Below, piece by piece: positions 1-12,603 of a stretch of 64,000 nt of DNA. The notes below the pieces were generated by a model that saw only the letters and a program-made list of their open reading frames with translations, had not been told where the DNA came from and ran no database searches. The stretch is from Eledone cirrhosa (taxonomy: Eukaryota). Made by a program: the position numbers and the translations under genes. How positions within the stretch are numbered: position 1 is the first letter of the stretch; each line of letters begins with the position of its first letter. Location of the stretch: positions 163,990,001 through 164,054,000 of the forward strand of contig OZ024743.1 of NCBI GenBank assembly GCA_964016885.1, given 5' to 3'.

Positions 1-264
1 TGAAATTGTAATTACCATATATACTCGCGTATAGGTCGCCCCATCAGATAGGTCGCATACCCACTTTTCATTTAACAAATAGGCTATTTGCCATTGACTA
101 GGTTGCACTGAAATTTGGGCTGTCAAACTACTATTTTTTATGATAATTGAAACTAATAATCTGTTAGTTTTCCATTACTTCGCCGTTGCGATATATACTC
201 CAAACCATGTTTTATTTATAAAATAAACATTAATGTCATCGAAATTTCCTCAATTCGAGATTAC

Positions 265-600
265 TGCGAGATAAAGCCTTTAAGCGCGAAAATTAACTCT
301 TAATATAGTGAAACAACTTGAAATAACACGTGTTTTTTAACGTTGAAAGTATAACAGATTTTTAGCGTATCAACATGGCTTCCCAAAGTAGCGAATACCG
401 ACTTTGAAGGTTTTACATGCGACGACATTCGAAATGAAAAAGAAACACAAGATAATATTAGTGATTTATCTTCAAATGAATCAGATGTATTTATTTCTGA
501 TGATGATAGTTACTTTGAAAGTAAAAGCGAAGATCTGACGGACACCATTGAAAATATTACAGCAACGTGGTTGAAAGATACAACACCAATACATGTTCAC
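265..600 (+). pseudogene. piggyBac-like 5' region and acidic transposase N-terminus captured inside the pogo element
   Basis: Colinear with the reverse complement of about 50500-50850 (DFEGFT..DDI..DNISDLSSNESDV..DTIENITATWLK); frameshifted. Confidence 0.75.
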
Positions 601-1049
601 ACCTATTAATGAACTTATATATTGGGAACACTCTGTTACGTAAATTTACACCGTACATTATGTAAGAGTACATTGCAAATATTATTTTGACTGGTGAAAA
701 GGTTTTATACATTTTTTTCAATGAAAATATTTGCCTGGAATGTAGAGAAAGACTAAAACCTTGTACTGATTATATCTGCATTTTTAATTAATTCACCTGT
801 TCGGAAAACTGTTAGAATTGATGGAAGTCAACATCTAGGTCATTATTGAATTATTTTTGCAACAAATCTAACAAGTAAGGCAGATAAAGTTTAAATTTTT
901 GTGTTTATCCATAAAGTTATTACTTTTACACCTGTTAATTAATAGTTTTTTTCATTTCTTCATCTGTAACTGTGCATTCGTTATAATAGTCATTCAATTC
1001 ATCTTCACATTCTTCAATATCATCTCCGCATTTTCTGTCTTTTCACCAA

Positions 1050-1790
1050 CTAAATCCTCATATAACACATCATCTTCAGTCCCGTCCATCGCATTTGATA
1101 TGCCTCATTTTTTGAAAGCCTTCATTATTAGCTCTTCAGGGATACTTTCCCAAGCCTCCTTCACCCACTCCACCACTAATCTCAAGCTAGGTCTTTTCAG
1201 TGATCCACCTTTGGTAATTTCTTTTTCACCTGATATTATCCAAGAAGTCTAGAGTTTACGGATATAAGTCTTGAAGGGCTTATTTACTGCCACATCAAGG
1301 GGTTGTAAGACTGAGGTGCAACCACCAGGATCACTGCTTGTCTTGTTTTACAATCCTTCAGCTTAGCCTTTACAGACTCACAGCAGTGAGATCGAAACAT
1401 ATCCCAAACTAACAAACTTCGTGGCTTCAGTAATGCCCCTTCATCAAGCCATAACTTTGTTAAGTTCTCGTCCATCCAGCCCTTCGGATGTACCTTCACA
1501 ATCACATCGCTTGGAAAATTCTCTTTCGGCATAATTTTCCTTTTAAAAATAACCATAGGGCGAAGTTTTTTCCCATCAGCCTGGCATGCTAGAACAACAG
1601 TAAAATGTTGTTTTTCATGACCTGTGGTTTTGACTGTAACAGTTTTGTTACCTACACTATCCACAGTTGTGTTGCCTGGCATGTCAAAGTACATGGGTGT
1701 TTCATCCTTGTTAGCTATATTCTCCATGGCAAAATCAAACATTTTTCTTTCCTTTAACACAAATTTTACAAAATAAGTGTTCATTGCAAC
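1050..1790 (-). pseudogene. pogo DDE_1 transposase catalytic domain, frameshifted
   Basis: Motifs DETPMYFDMP, KTTGHEK, KGWMD and LLVWDMFRSH. After a frameshift it continues GGCTSVLQPLDVAVNKPFK...WVKEAW, with stops. Confidence 0.9.
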
Positions 1791-2129
1791 GCTAAGACAA
1801 TGAAATCACATTTTAAATACCGGGTATGCATTTCTATGGATTTTAATGACGGATGGTTCGGTCAGAGAGAAAAAAACGTAAACACTACGAAGTTTTAGTA
1901 AAAGATTTAAAATCAAGAAATATATGTATAAGAAGGTAGATATATGAAATTATTATGTTAAATAATAACAAATATTAACAAAGTTATTTTTATAAATACC
2001 CATCGTTGATTAAGTCTATGAAAAATCATTGGTCAGTCTGATGTCGATCGGATAGGTCGCACCCCAAAAGTTTATACTTATTTATCGTTAAAAAAGTGCG
2101 ACCTATACACGAGTATATACGGCATGTAT

Positions 2130-2494
2130 TAGCCAGTCTCTTCTTCATACCATGAGCAAAGAAAATCCAACTTTATTATGGCCTAGGGCATTAGGTGAAA
2201 AACTTCATTTTTTCAGCTTTTTAGGGCTTTTTGGAGGTATTACGTCTAGCCGATTTTCCCGAAATTTCAAGGCATATTATGCACATAAAAAAAAATTTAT
2301 TTTATGATCCCTTAGATGAAAACCTGCATTTTTCCTGCTTCATCGAGGAAAATCTTAAAGATTATCTAGCCATCGGAGTATTCGGTTATTTTCTTTACAT
2401 ATTGTCCAGGCATGCAGTTTTTCCACGATTAGGTCTGTTGGCGGCCCGTGTTCCAAATTAGCTTATCCCGTTCAACGCCGGGTACCACTGCTAG
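2130..2494 (+). mobile_element. Helitron-like 3' end
   Basis: Hairpin CCCG-ttcaacgc-CGGG (2467-2482), then CTAG (2491-2494) followed by T. 5' boundary uncertain. Confidence 0.6.
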
Positions 2495-2536
2495 TATTAT
2501 ATACAATATATATATATATATATATTATATATGTAT

Positions 2537-2568
<32 letters not shown>

Positions 2569-2696
2569 ACAATATATACATATTATATATATATATATAT
2601 ATAAATGAAGTATTTCCGTCAGAAAGGTACAGGAAAAAAGAGTGCTCAATGTAGGCTACAGAGCTTATTAGTTATGTAATAAACAACATAAGATAA

Positions 2697-2763
2697 TTAT
2701 TTCATTTACAAGTGGTTTCTTGAAGACAGATGTTGTGTCTGTCTTCAGTCGTCAGAATGAATA
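2697..2763 (-). ncRNA. Type I hammerhead ribozyme (antisense twin of 3511-3574)
   Basis: ttcatt-CTGACGA-c tgaagacaga/tctgtcttca a-GAAAC cactt GTA-aatgaa; one stem III pair lost. Confidence 0.75.
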
Positions 2764-3510
2764 AAAAAAACATGGTGTATTTATTAAATATAGATTTGAA
2801 AACAAAATTTAGGAAATATGAAAGCGAGGCTGAAAAAAACGGGGGAAAAGGGGGAAAAAATAAAAAATATATATATAAAAATATAAATATCCAGAACGTA
2901 AACATACACATACTCAACTATGCGTATATACTAAAAAGTACGTAGACGGATACTTTCTAACATAAGCGTATTAGCGTCTACATAGAAAAACGGACAGGAA
3001 CATAAATACATACACATACATATACACAGATATATATGCACTCAAAAATATGCACACAAATATGGACAGTAATTAGGAAACAGGAATAACTAAATAAATA
3101 AATAACAAACAACAAAAAATACAAAAAATATATATATATATAAGAAAGTAAAGACCATTCAAGAGAATACCAAAAGGGCACAAAGAAATGTTCTTTGTGT
3201 ACTACGGAAAAATTTAGAATTCTCCAAATCTTGAAAACTCCTACCACTTGTCTCAACTCTAAGAGCGAGATATTTAGATGTTGTCCATATTTGTGTTTAT
3301 ATATTTGAGTGCATTTATGTATGTGTATGTATTTATGTTCCTGTCCGTTTTTCTATGTAGACGCTAATACGCTTATGTGAAAAAGTATCCGTCTACATAC
3401 TTTTTAGTATATTGCGTAGTTGAGTATGTGTATGCTTTTTTCAGCCTCACTTTCATATTTCCTAAATTTTGTTTTCAAATCCATATTTAATAAATACACC
3501 ATGTTTTTTT

Positions 3511-3574
3511 TATTCATTCTGACGACTGAAGACAGACACATCTGTCTTCAAGAAACCACTGGTAAATGAAATAA
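3511..3574 (+). ncRNA. Type I hammerhead ribozyme
   Basis: Stem I ttcatt/aatgaa; CTGACGA 3519-3525; 10-bp stem II tgaagacaga/tctgtcttca; GAAAC 3552-3556; stem III ACC-act-GGT; GUA site ending 3564. Confidence 0.88.
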
Positions 3575-4057
3575 TTATCTTATGTTGTTTATTACATAAC
3601 TATATATAGTAATAATAATAATAAATTTGAAGACTAAAATCTAAAGAGGGCTCGATAAGGATAAATATATATCAAATATATAAGAATTGTAGAGCAAATA
3701 TTTATTAAAATAACAGATTAAAGTTTAAGCAAAGAATCGCTGCTTTCACCCTTAACGGGATCTTCTGAAACTAACAAAGTCAATCTGTGAACGCAGAAGT
3801 GAATATTTCAAAAAACGTTGCAACCGGAGGAAGACAGGAAGACGATACTTTGGTTCGTGGAAACGTTCCCTGGCAGAGAACGGGAAAAAACGAATATAAT
3901 ACGTCATTATTTGGAGCGGTGAAAAACAATTACACGCTAAGACAAAACCATGTTTATGGTATAAAAGAAGTCGTAGACTAATATTCTATTAGGTGGTTCA
4001 TAAAGACGTTCTCTGGCAATGAACAGAAAAAACGAAGATAATACGTCATATGTGGAG

Positions 4058-4830
4058 CATATTTTCAACGACCATTCCACATATTACAATGAAGCTCTTG
4101 CTCGGAGTGGATTTATCAATAAGGTAGCATATACAGAGTACGAGAATAGACCTAGAAGAAATAGATCCCGATGCATTATATGGTATAACCCACCATATAA
4201 TATGGAGGTGGCCACGCCATTAGCTAAGATCTTTCTCTCCCTTATTATGAAGCATTTTCCCCCTACACATAAATATAGTAAAATTTTTAATAGAAATACT
4301 ATTAAAATTTCTTACTCTACGACTCCTAACCTTGCACATAACATCACAGCTTCAAATTTAGCTAAACTACCTAGCCATAGGAACACATGCAACCCTGTAG
4401 TTAGTACTAAACGGTAATTGTAGGAATCGGGTTGACTGCCCCCTATCCGGGACTTACCTCTATAGTAACATTGTCTACAAATGTAAGGTTGAAACACCCA
4501 CGTCCCGTAGGGCCTACATAGGGTTAACCGCCAATAGATTCAAGCAGCGTCTTTACATGCATACCCATTCTTTTCGTTACCCTTTAAGAAGGAATATGAC
4601 GTCACTTTCAGCTTATATCTGGAGTCTAAAAGACAACCACACCCAATATAAGTTACACTGGGAGATCCTAGCTAGGGTTAGATCGTATAACGGAAATAAA
4701 AGACCATGTGACCTCTGCGCCACTGAAGCCCTGGAAATACTCTACGCCAAAGACCACATCTTAAACTAAAAATCTGAGGCAATTTTGGCTTGTAAACATA
4801 AATTACACAAAACTTTCCTGTATTACAGCC
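4058..4830 (+). pseudogene. PLE C-terminus with Cys-rich linker and GIY-YIG endonuclease
   Basis: IIWYNPPY..KHFP..KIFNRNTIKISYS; NCRNRVDCPL..NIVYKC..AYIGLTANRFKQR..TSLSAYIW..CDLCATE; frame-disrupted. Confidence 0.85.
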
Positions 4831-5636
4831 CCACGTTATACCCTAACGGATAGTACGGTCTATACGTGGATATTTTACGTCTTGATGTGGTAGCTAAGTA
4901 TATGTTATGTTTATACCATTACTTTTTTGTATAGGTAAGTATATATTACCTGTATGTTTTGTGAAGGTACGTATACTTTCTCGTACGTATATTTGATTGT
5001 ATATGTTATGGCGTAGATTTTTATATATTCTGGTACATATGCTTTTGGTTATGTGTATACGTGAGTTTTGCGTCTGTGTGAGTATGTGGGTTCGTACGTA
5101 TGTAGGGTGTGTGTATATGTTTACTTCGTGTTTTGGTTGACGTACGTCTCCGAACATATGTGTATTTACATGTAGGTATGTGTGTGCGCTTGTTATATAC
5201 GTATTTATTTATTTATATACGTTTATTTAATTATTTGTATACACACACACACACACATATATATATGTGCGTGTATTTGTATACCTATGGCGAGTGTCTT
5301 CGCATATGCTTGTGTATGTACGTATATGGATGCGTGTGTATTTATTTAATTTCAATTACCTCTGTATTTTATTTACTTTATTCTTAACTCTGAAGCCGAG
5401 AATCATTCGGTTTCCTAGTTAGAATTTTAGTCTACGACTTCAGTTATACCTTTTACGTGGTATTGTCTTTGCGTGCAATTGTTCTCTACGCTCCACATAT
5501 GACGTATTATCTTCGTTTTTTCCGTTCATTGCCAGAGAACGTCTCTATGAACCACCTAATAGAATATTAGGCTACGACTTCTTTTATACCATAAACGTGG
5601 TTTTGCCTTTGCGTGTAATTGTTTTACACCGCTCCA

Positions 5637-5752
5637 AATAATTGTTTCTACTTTAGGCACAAGGCCAGCAATTAACCAGTGCATTACTGGTACTTTATTT
5701 TATCGACCCCGTAAGGATAAAAGGCAAAGTCAACCTCGGCGGTATTTGAATA
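5637..5752 (-). mobile_element. 5'-truncated tRNA-derived SINE (family A)
   Basis: Matches the array unit at 16019-16958; AATAAT duplicated on both sides. Confidence 0.85.
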
Positions 5753-5929
5753 TAATAATGAGGTATTATAATCGGTTTTCCCGTTTTTTACCAGGGAACA
5801 TTTCCACAAACCAAAGTATCGTCTTCCTGTCTTCCTCCGGTTGCAACGTTTTTTTAAATATTCACTTCTGCGTTCACAGATTGACTTTGTTACTTTCAGA
5901 AGATCCCGTTATTTTAATAAATGTATATA

Positions 5930-7703
5930 TATATATTGTTATACTTGGGGAGGGTCATATTTGTGTAATATTGCCAGAATTAATAACAGAACACACTCAC
6001 TGTTTGGTTGGTTTTCGCTTCTCGCTTCTGTGTCTTTTATATCGGTAATCTAATTTACTCGGTCCTCAATGTTGCCATTGACTGACCGGCGGTCAAAAAT
6101 AATACAGATACAATATAGACACAAACACATATATATAGTTTATCATAAATCTTTCGCCGCACATCTGCAACATCGTCAGTGGTGTTATATTATCCTCCTG
6201 TTGTATTGTATGTCTACGCCATTTTTATTCAGTCTGTCTATATATTTATTTATTTATTTGCTTGTTTGTTTATTTTATTTTGTCTTCTTTGTGCATGCGT
6301 CTGCGTGTGTGTATAGTGTTTTGTTTGCTGTGTGATGGGTGACTAGTGTGTGTTTATGTGCTTGTTGTTATTGTGCTTGTGTATGTATTTATTTATTTAT
6401 TTATTTTATTTTATTTACTTATTTATACTTCTCTTAGGTCAGTGTTGTTTGTTTGGGTGTTGTTATTCCATTCATTCTTTCTGTTTAGCCTTGGTCTTCT
6501 AATTTCTATTTCACTGGCCTCTCTGATTTGCCTATCTGCTGGGTCATTTCTATGTTTAGATATTATTCTAATTTCTATGTTGTCTATGTTACCGTCATGT
6601 TGTTGTCTAGCATGTTCGTATCGTACTGACCCGTTTTTTTCGTCCTTTTAGTTCCCCCCAGTGTTGGTCTATCCTTTCACCTATGCTACGAGCTGTCTCA
6701 CCTATGTATGTTGTTGTCATGTTTCTGCAGGTACCCTCTGTACATCTTATGCTATAGACTACGTTTCTAGTTTTACAGTTTATCCGGGGATTCACCTTAC
6801 ATATGATACACTTCCTCTTGGTACAGTGGGTTTTCTTAAAAGGGTAGGTTTTGCTGATCAGGGATTTTATGGTGGTTCCTGGCTTTTCTACCACCTTTAT
6901 TTTTAAGTGGGTCTTTCTCAGGGCCTTTCTACACTGGTTAGCTAATTTCCCTCCAGGGGTAGCGTCCACAAAGATGACACTCTGGTATCTCTGGTTGTCG
7001 TACCATGAGGTGGCTTTCCCTATCTTATGTCTAGCCCTATCTAAACTATTCCATGATTTGCTCCTGTATAATGGGCAAATTCCTTTCATATCCAGTTCTA
7101 TGAGGGTCTTATACTTCTCCATGGCTCCTTCGTATACTCTGACTCTGTCTCTTTGGTTGTAGCCAGAGAACTGCATGCGATTGATGAAGTGTTGGATGTG
7201 TCTTTCCATTTCTGTTGGGTCGTACATGCGGGACACATTCTTCATCACCCGTACCAAATCTGCGATCAGAATATTAAACTTAGCACTACTGGACATTGCT
7301 GAGTTTTTGAGTATCAGGTATTTGGAGGCCATGGGTTTAGCATAGTGTGAGTGGAGAATTTGGGCTATTTCGTCTATAGTGTTAATCCAGAGTTCTGTGT
7401 CTAACACAGGTAGTCTACTGTTAGGATGTTTGGAAGGGAAGTCGATAGTTACAGTTATACTCTGGTGTATGGAATTAGCTATCTGCTGGATGCTTTCCAT
7501 CGTGCTACGTTCTAGTTCAAACTTGTTCGTGCTCTCTAGTGGGGGTGTTCTTATAACTATATTGATATCGTCTACATAACGAGAGTACATGATGAGGTCT
7601 ATGGAGCTCTCATTAAGGAGATCTTTAAGTCTCCTTTCCCACCATACCATGAAAAGGTTGGCAACATCACCAGCTATGCTGACGCCGATGGCTGCTCCCT
7701 CAT
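5930..7703 (-). mobile_element. 5'-truncated PLE: RT C-half, GIY-YIG and 3' pseudo-LTR
   Basis: GAAIGVSIAGDVANLFM, YSRYVDD, LPVLD, CTKRKCIIC..NCKTRNVVYSIRC..YIGETARSIGER (ORF 6607-7650). Frameshift near 6640. Confidence 0.92.
6142..6185 (-). ncRNA. Hammerhead ribozyme motif in PLE 3' region, partly decayed
   Basis: acca-CTGACGA-t gttgca gatg tgcggc-GAAAG at TTA-tgat; stem I is weak. Confidence 0.55.
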
Positions 7704-8790
7704 TTGGGGAGGAAACCTGTAGAAGGCTTGGTTAGCCTCAAGCAGCGCATTCCCAGTCATTCAATAAAAACCAAGATTACCAATAGGGAAATACGCAGCG
7801 AAAACCCAGGATGTTCATGCAGAAATGCAGAAGAATGTCCTCTACAGGGAAAATGCAATATAAAATCAATTGTATGTGAGGCAACAGTGACACCTTTAAT
7901 CACCAAACAACAAGTTACCAGTGAGCGATATGTGGGTATGGCTCAAGATAAATTTAAACGTTATTACGCACATGTCACGTCCTTCAGACATCCTGAAAAA
8001 AAGAAAACCACGGCGCTGGCAAACAGAGTGTTGGAGATGAAAGAACGTGGAATTCCATATGTAATAAATTGGTCTATTTCAGACCAATCAAAGGAATATG
8101 CAAAAGGTACAAGAAAATGTACTTTATGCATAAGCGAGAAATATGGAATTCTGCAGAACCTGAAATCTCTAAATATGAAATTTTCACAGGTTGCCCGTAT
8201 ATAAGATAATATCTGCTTTCCTATTGGAATAAAAATAGAATCGACTTGGAGACACAACCACCCTGAACATATATCTTAATTATGAAATAGCATGAACTTA
8301 TATTTAAGATGATCACCTATTTAGTTATACCTATAATACACAGATAACATTCACATATTAATTATTTTCACTCCTTTCTTTCGCTATGCGTACATCTAGA
8401 TATGTAAGTGTATACATTTGATGACTCTATATGATGCATCGAACACTCCTTCATTCTAATGATATATTTGACACACATATATAAGTTCACATACATTTAA
8501 TTATATTTATAACACTTACTCTTTTACTCTTTTACCTGTTTCAGCCATCCGGCTGAGGCCATGCTGGGGCACCGCCCTTATATGATTTACACCCAATCTT
8601 ACTACATCTCTTGATGATTCTAAATATAGGATCGAAAACTTCTTTTCTCTGCAAATAGAATTAACATATTCATAGATATGTATGAATATTTTTGGGTGCT
8701 AATATATTTATTTTTTCTATGTATGAACTTACGTTCATATTAACTTAATTGCATCTTATCTACTTATTTTCCCTATTTATTATTGATCTG
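7704..8790 (+). mobile_element. 5'-truncated PLE of a second family (GIY-YIG and 3' region)
   Basis: GCSCRNAEECPLQGKC..SIVCEATV..YVGMAQDKFK..WSISDQSKEYAKGTRKCTLCISEK (ORF 7704-8204). Right boundary approximate. Confidence 0.85.
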
Positions 8791-8809
8791 GGAAAACCTG
8801 TAGCTATAT

Positions 8810-10335
8810 CATGTGCGGGGACATAGAAATAATTGGGCTGGATACCCGATCGCGCGGTTAAACCACTGAAAGTGAAGGACCCTTAGCCTTTGTCAGGGTA
8901 TTATTCTAGAAGGCGACTCTGGAAACTGGGATAACTGATATAAAACCTGCAGCTCGGTAGTTACCGATGATGTTGATCCTTTCTTCTTTTCGGGTTATAG
9001 CTACTGTCACTCAGAGAGTGGAATTGGCTCAGTACACAGTCTTTCCTCACTTTAATAAAATCTTCACACACAGGCATTGCACAACAACATTAATTAATAA
9101 TTATTAATAATGTTATTATTTATAAGATTTTTTTTCTTAACTGAATGGCTGTAACTTTAAAAAGCAACCAATTCAATGATGCCCCAAAACAATATAAAAA
9201 TAAATGGCAATAAGGGGTCTGGAACCACACCAGGTAAAAGGGTCTGGCCCGGCAGGGGCCCTAGGGCATCACAGCCTGAACCCGGCTGTCATCGTGCTAC
9301 TGTGATAGAACCAAACAAAACATTGAATATTGGCTGTTGGAATGTACAGGAGCTTTGTCGTTATGATCTTCGTTATGAACATCGTTGCTTTATCTGAGAC
9401 GAGGTTAGCTGGAATGGTCATCTTACGGAATTTTGTAGAAAATATACATTTTGGGGGGGAAAGGGAGAGATGAAGGAATTAGAAGAGAGGCTGGGGTAGC
9501 ATGTGCTCTTGTGGATAAGTTGGAAGAATTCCCAGTGGGGATTAGTGAGTGTCTTATGTCCAAGAGAATTCCGTTGGACAAAGGAAGGTATGTGACCCTG
9601 GTGAGTGTATGCTCCAACTATGAATTCTGTTGATGAGGAAAAAGTATCTTTCTACCGTGCTTTGAAAGGTATTATAAAAAATATCCCTCAGGCAGACAGG
9701 GTCATCGTGCTGGGTGACTTTAATGCTAGAGTGGGTAGGAATTTTAACACATGGACTGTAATCGGGAGGCATGTGGTGGGAAGGTGGAACAGCAATGGTA
9801 TACTTTTCATGCAGATGTGTGAGGAACTGGATCTGTGTGTTACCAACACCATGTTTCAGCAAAAGAATAAGTTTGAGACCACATGGATGCACCCTGCATC
9901 TAAAAAATGGCATCTTCTGTACTACATCCTTGTCAGGGTGCGTGACAGATGGGATGTGCAGTGTGTTCGTGTTCTTCTCGGGGCTGAGTGTTGGTACGTG
10001 CAAAAGTGAAATGAACTACAAAACGTAAAATCCAGGCTGCTGGTGTTATCCTGCCTAAAAGACTGAATGTTGCTCATCGTAGGGATAATAGTGTGAAGAG
10101 GACATTGCGAGAAGAAATGAATGTTTCAAATATTGGTGAGGATTGGCCGACCCTTAAAAAGTTGGTTTATGATGTAGGCAAGCGTGTTCTGGGATTGGTG
10201 CAAAGAAAGCATCAAGACTGGTTTAATGAAAATGATGAACATATAGATGATTTGTTGGCTGATAAGAGGCATGCTCTGTCACACTACTTAGCAGCAAAGC
10301 CACAGGAGAAGAATATGTTGCATAAGGAACATATC
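8810..10335 (+). mobile_element. RTE-clade LINE 5' part (5' UTR and APE endonuclease), decayed
   Basis: IGCWNV, YAPT, LGDFNARVG, NSNG, TNTMFQ, TWMHPASKKWHLL, KHQDWFNEND across several frames. Confidence 0.88.
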
Positions 10336-10339
10336 GTCG

Positions 10340-10796
10340 GACGAACGAATGAGGACGTTTCTTTCGTATTCGTCTTATTCAGGAAACCTCTGGTAATGAG
10401 GTAATTATATTGTATTGTTTATTATACATTAAATTTTGCTCTGGTACTTACATAGAGCACTCTTCACTCCTATGACTTTTTCAATTTTCAACGGAAACTT
10501 CAATACTTATACAACTCCCAAGGGAATGATCGCAGCATATTCTACATTTTTATGAGATTGGCACCTTCCAGCCCTTTTAAAGTCGAGCACTCTTCAGTCA
10601 ATAGAATTTTAAACCAATACTGAGCATGGATAAATACCCTTTGGATTACTCTATCAAGAATATCCCAACACCTTCTAACACTTTCTACACGGATTGCCTT
10701 GCCCGACGAACGAATGAGGACGTTTCTTTCGTATTCGTCTTATTCGGGAAACCTCTGGTAATGAGGTAATTATATTGTATTGTTTATTATACATTA
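10340..10796 (+). mobile_element. PLE-like remnant with ~90-bp direct terminal repeats
   Basis: 10340-10430 is repeated at 10705-10796, and the repeat is the HHR plus tail. Ends in (TA)n. Confidence 0.7.
10693..10770 (+). ncRNA. Type I hammerhead ribozyme, CCGACGA core variant
   Basis: Stem I attgccttg/tgaggtaat with G-U pairs; CCGACGA 10703-10709; stem II cgaatgaggacg/cgtcttattcg; GAAAC ctctg GTA (10748-10760). Confidence 0.7.
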
Positions 10797-10863
10797 TATA
10801 TATATATATATATTGAAAGAGTGAAGAATAACATGGTCAACAGTACAAAAAAGGGTTTTATTT

Positions 10864-10978
10864 ACAGTCTTAACAATTGTTTCACTGATTAAGTTGTCTA
10901 AAAATTGCTGAACACTTGAAGCTGTGCCACTCAATTTTAAATACGTTGTTAACTTAACCAGATCATCAGAGAAACTGT
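10864..10978 (-). ncRNA. Type I hammerhead ribozyme with long stem II
   Basis: acagtttct-CTGATGA (10969-10963)-t ctggttaagtt...aacttaatcag t-GAAAC aatt GTT-aagactgt; about 80 nt between the core halves. Confidence 0.75.
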
Positions 10979-11167
10979 TAAAATATGCTCAGTTTCTACA
11001 AATTCAAATTACAACATCATTAATAAAGAAAGAGAGAAAAAAAAGAAAGAGAGAGAGAGAGAAAAGAAAAAGATATAGAGAAAAAAGACAGAGAGAAAAG
11101 ATGAGAGAAAGAGAAGAGAAAAGGATAAAGAAAAATAAAGGGAAAAACAATGATAACAACAATAAAT

Positions 11168-11630
11168 AATATGATGCCTGTGTTAGGAATGCGGTGCTGC
11201 ATGGTAGTGAGACAGGTAGCAACTGCAGAGGATATGCGATGGCTGGAGAGAAATGAGGCAAGCATGCTCCGTTGGATGTGCAATGTCAATGTGCGTGAAC
11301 GACCGAGCATGGATATGTTGAGAGAGAAACTGTGTCTGAGAGGGATAGATTGTAGTGTACGGGAGAGGAGACTGCGATGGTATGGACATGTGATGCGCAT
11401 GGAGGATGACCGATGGGTGAAGAAGTGCCAGGAAATGCCAGTTGAAGGAAGACGTGGTAGAGGTAGACCACGAAAAACATGGGCGGAGGTAGTGAGAGCA
11501 GATCTCAGATCGCTGAAGCTCACAGTGGAGATGACAAAGGACCATGACAAGTGGAGAGATGCTGTGCTGAATAGGACGCATCCGACCCTTGTAAGCAGGG
11601 AAAAGCGGACGTAAAATGATGATGATGATA
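11168..11630 (+). mobile_element. RTE LINE 3' fragment
   Basis: LERNEASMLRWMC..RRLRWYGHVMR..GRRGRGRPRKTW; (TGA)n tail. Confidence 0.9.
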
Positions 11631-11922
11631 TATATATGTATATGTTTGTGTGTGTGTGTGTATTTGCATGTGTCTATATATATATATGCATATATCAGTG
11701 TCTGTGTATTTGCATGCATATTATGTGTATGTGTGTGTATATATATGTATATACTGGACCACCCGTGACCCATTGGGTCACATTTACTTCAAATTTTTTT
11801 AAAATCATATTCACTTAAAAATAAATTTTAAATAATTAAAATATACACAGACATGTATATAATGTTAAATGAAACTGGAAGGCCCATATATATACGTGTT
11901 TGTATGTATATATATATATATA

Positions 11923-11984
<62 letters not shown>

Positions 11985-11988
11985 TATG

Positions 11989-12535
11989 TACACAGCCAAT
12001 CCTATTCTCCATATATTTTATCATGTTTCGCTGTGACGGCTTCTCTCTCCTACTATTTCGTTACTATCTACTCTTCCCCCTCTTTCTTCCTCTCCCTTTC
12101 TCCTTCTCACTTTCACTCACACCTCTCTCTGCCAGCCACCTCATTGTTTCCCTTGCCTAACCCTCTAGCAGTCCTTTTCTCAGACTCGCTGGGGTTAGTC
12201 GTGTCTTTTCGTTCGCCCACACGCTCTTGAACTTAAGTTCAGTTATCGTTGTGGTCACACATTGCTCGGTTTGTTGTTGCTTTTCGATGTTTTCTCTTTT
12301 CTTCTCTTTTCCCTTCTATTTTCCTTCCCTCCCTCCTCCGTTTTCCCAATAACTTACCCAGTTATTGAACGCTCTGGGCGGTAGATATATTGTCTTTAAA
12401 GCGTGGAAATATCCGAGATCCCCAGTAGACAACTGATGAGGAAAGCTGCCCCCCCCCCCCCGTTCTTGCTTTCTTCTTATTCTCACTCCATTTTAAGCTA
12501 CCTTAACTAGCAACTACACAGCCAATCCTATTCTC
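11989..12535 (+). mobile_element. PLE-like pseudo-LTR remnant
   Basis: Direct repeat tacacagccaatcctattctc at both ends; half-HHR CTGATGA-g gaaagc..gctttc near 12434. Confidence 0.5.
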
Positions 12536-12603
12536 TCTCTCTCTCTCTTCCATGCTAGCGTGGAAGATAGACATTAAATGATGATGATGATGATATATAT
12601 ACA

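Larger units (their letters stand above)
15..2122 (-). mobile_element. pogo-family (POGK-like) DNA transposon, decayed and chimeric
   Basis: 25-bp TIRs: CCATATATACTCGCGTATAGGTCGC (15-39) vs reverse complement of 2098-2122, CCGTATATACTCGTGTATAGGTCGC. TA on the left flank, CA on the right. Internal DDE transposase remnant. Confidence 0.85.
2603..3602. mobile_element. Truncated PLE with inverted pseudo-LTR arms
   Basis: 2669-3069 is the reverse complement of about 3282-3602. GIY-YIG C-terminus SREYQKGTKKCSLCTTEKFRIL..LNSKSEIFRCCP at 3150-3290 (+). Flanked by (TA)n. Confidence 0.85.
3750..5912 (+). mobile_element. Truncated PLE with inverted arms and ~150-bp subrepeats
   Basis: 3750-4058 is the reverse complement of about 5490-5912. 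Coding remnant in between. Decayed HHR at 5381-5423 (stem I ttcttaact/agttagaa, CTGAAG, GAAA missing). Confidence 0.8.

Noticed and set aside
3826-3875. AAGACGA...GAAACGTTC as a variant hammerhead
   Set aside because: Core lacks CU, and stems II and III are unconvincing.
8600-8650. TTGATGA-ttcta/tagga-tcGAAA hammerhead remnant
   Set aside because: Expected position in a PLE tail, but no NUH site or stem I; similarly decayed candidates at 5381, 12434, 21601 and 32880 were not counted.
8810-9170. HDV-like ribozyme in the RTE 5' UTR
   Set aside because: Known for some RTEs, but no nested double pseudoknot could be built by eye; needs a descriptor search.
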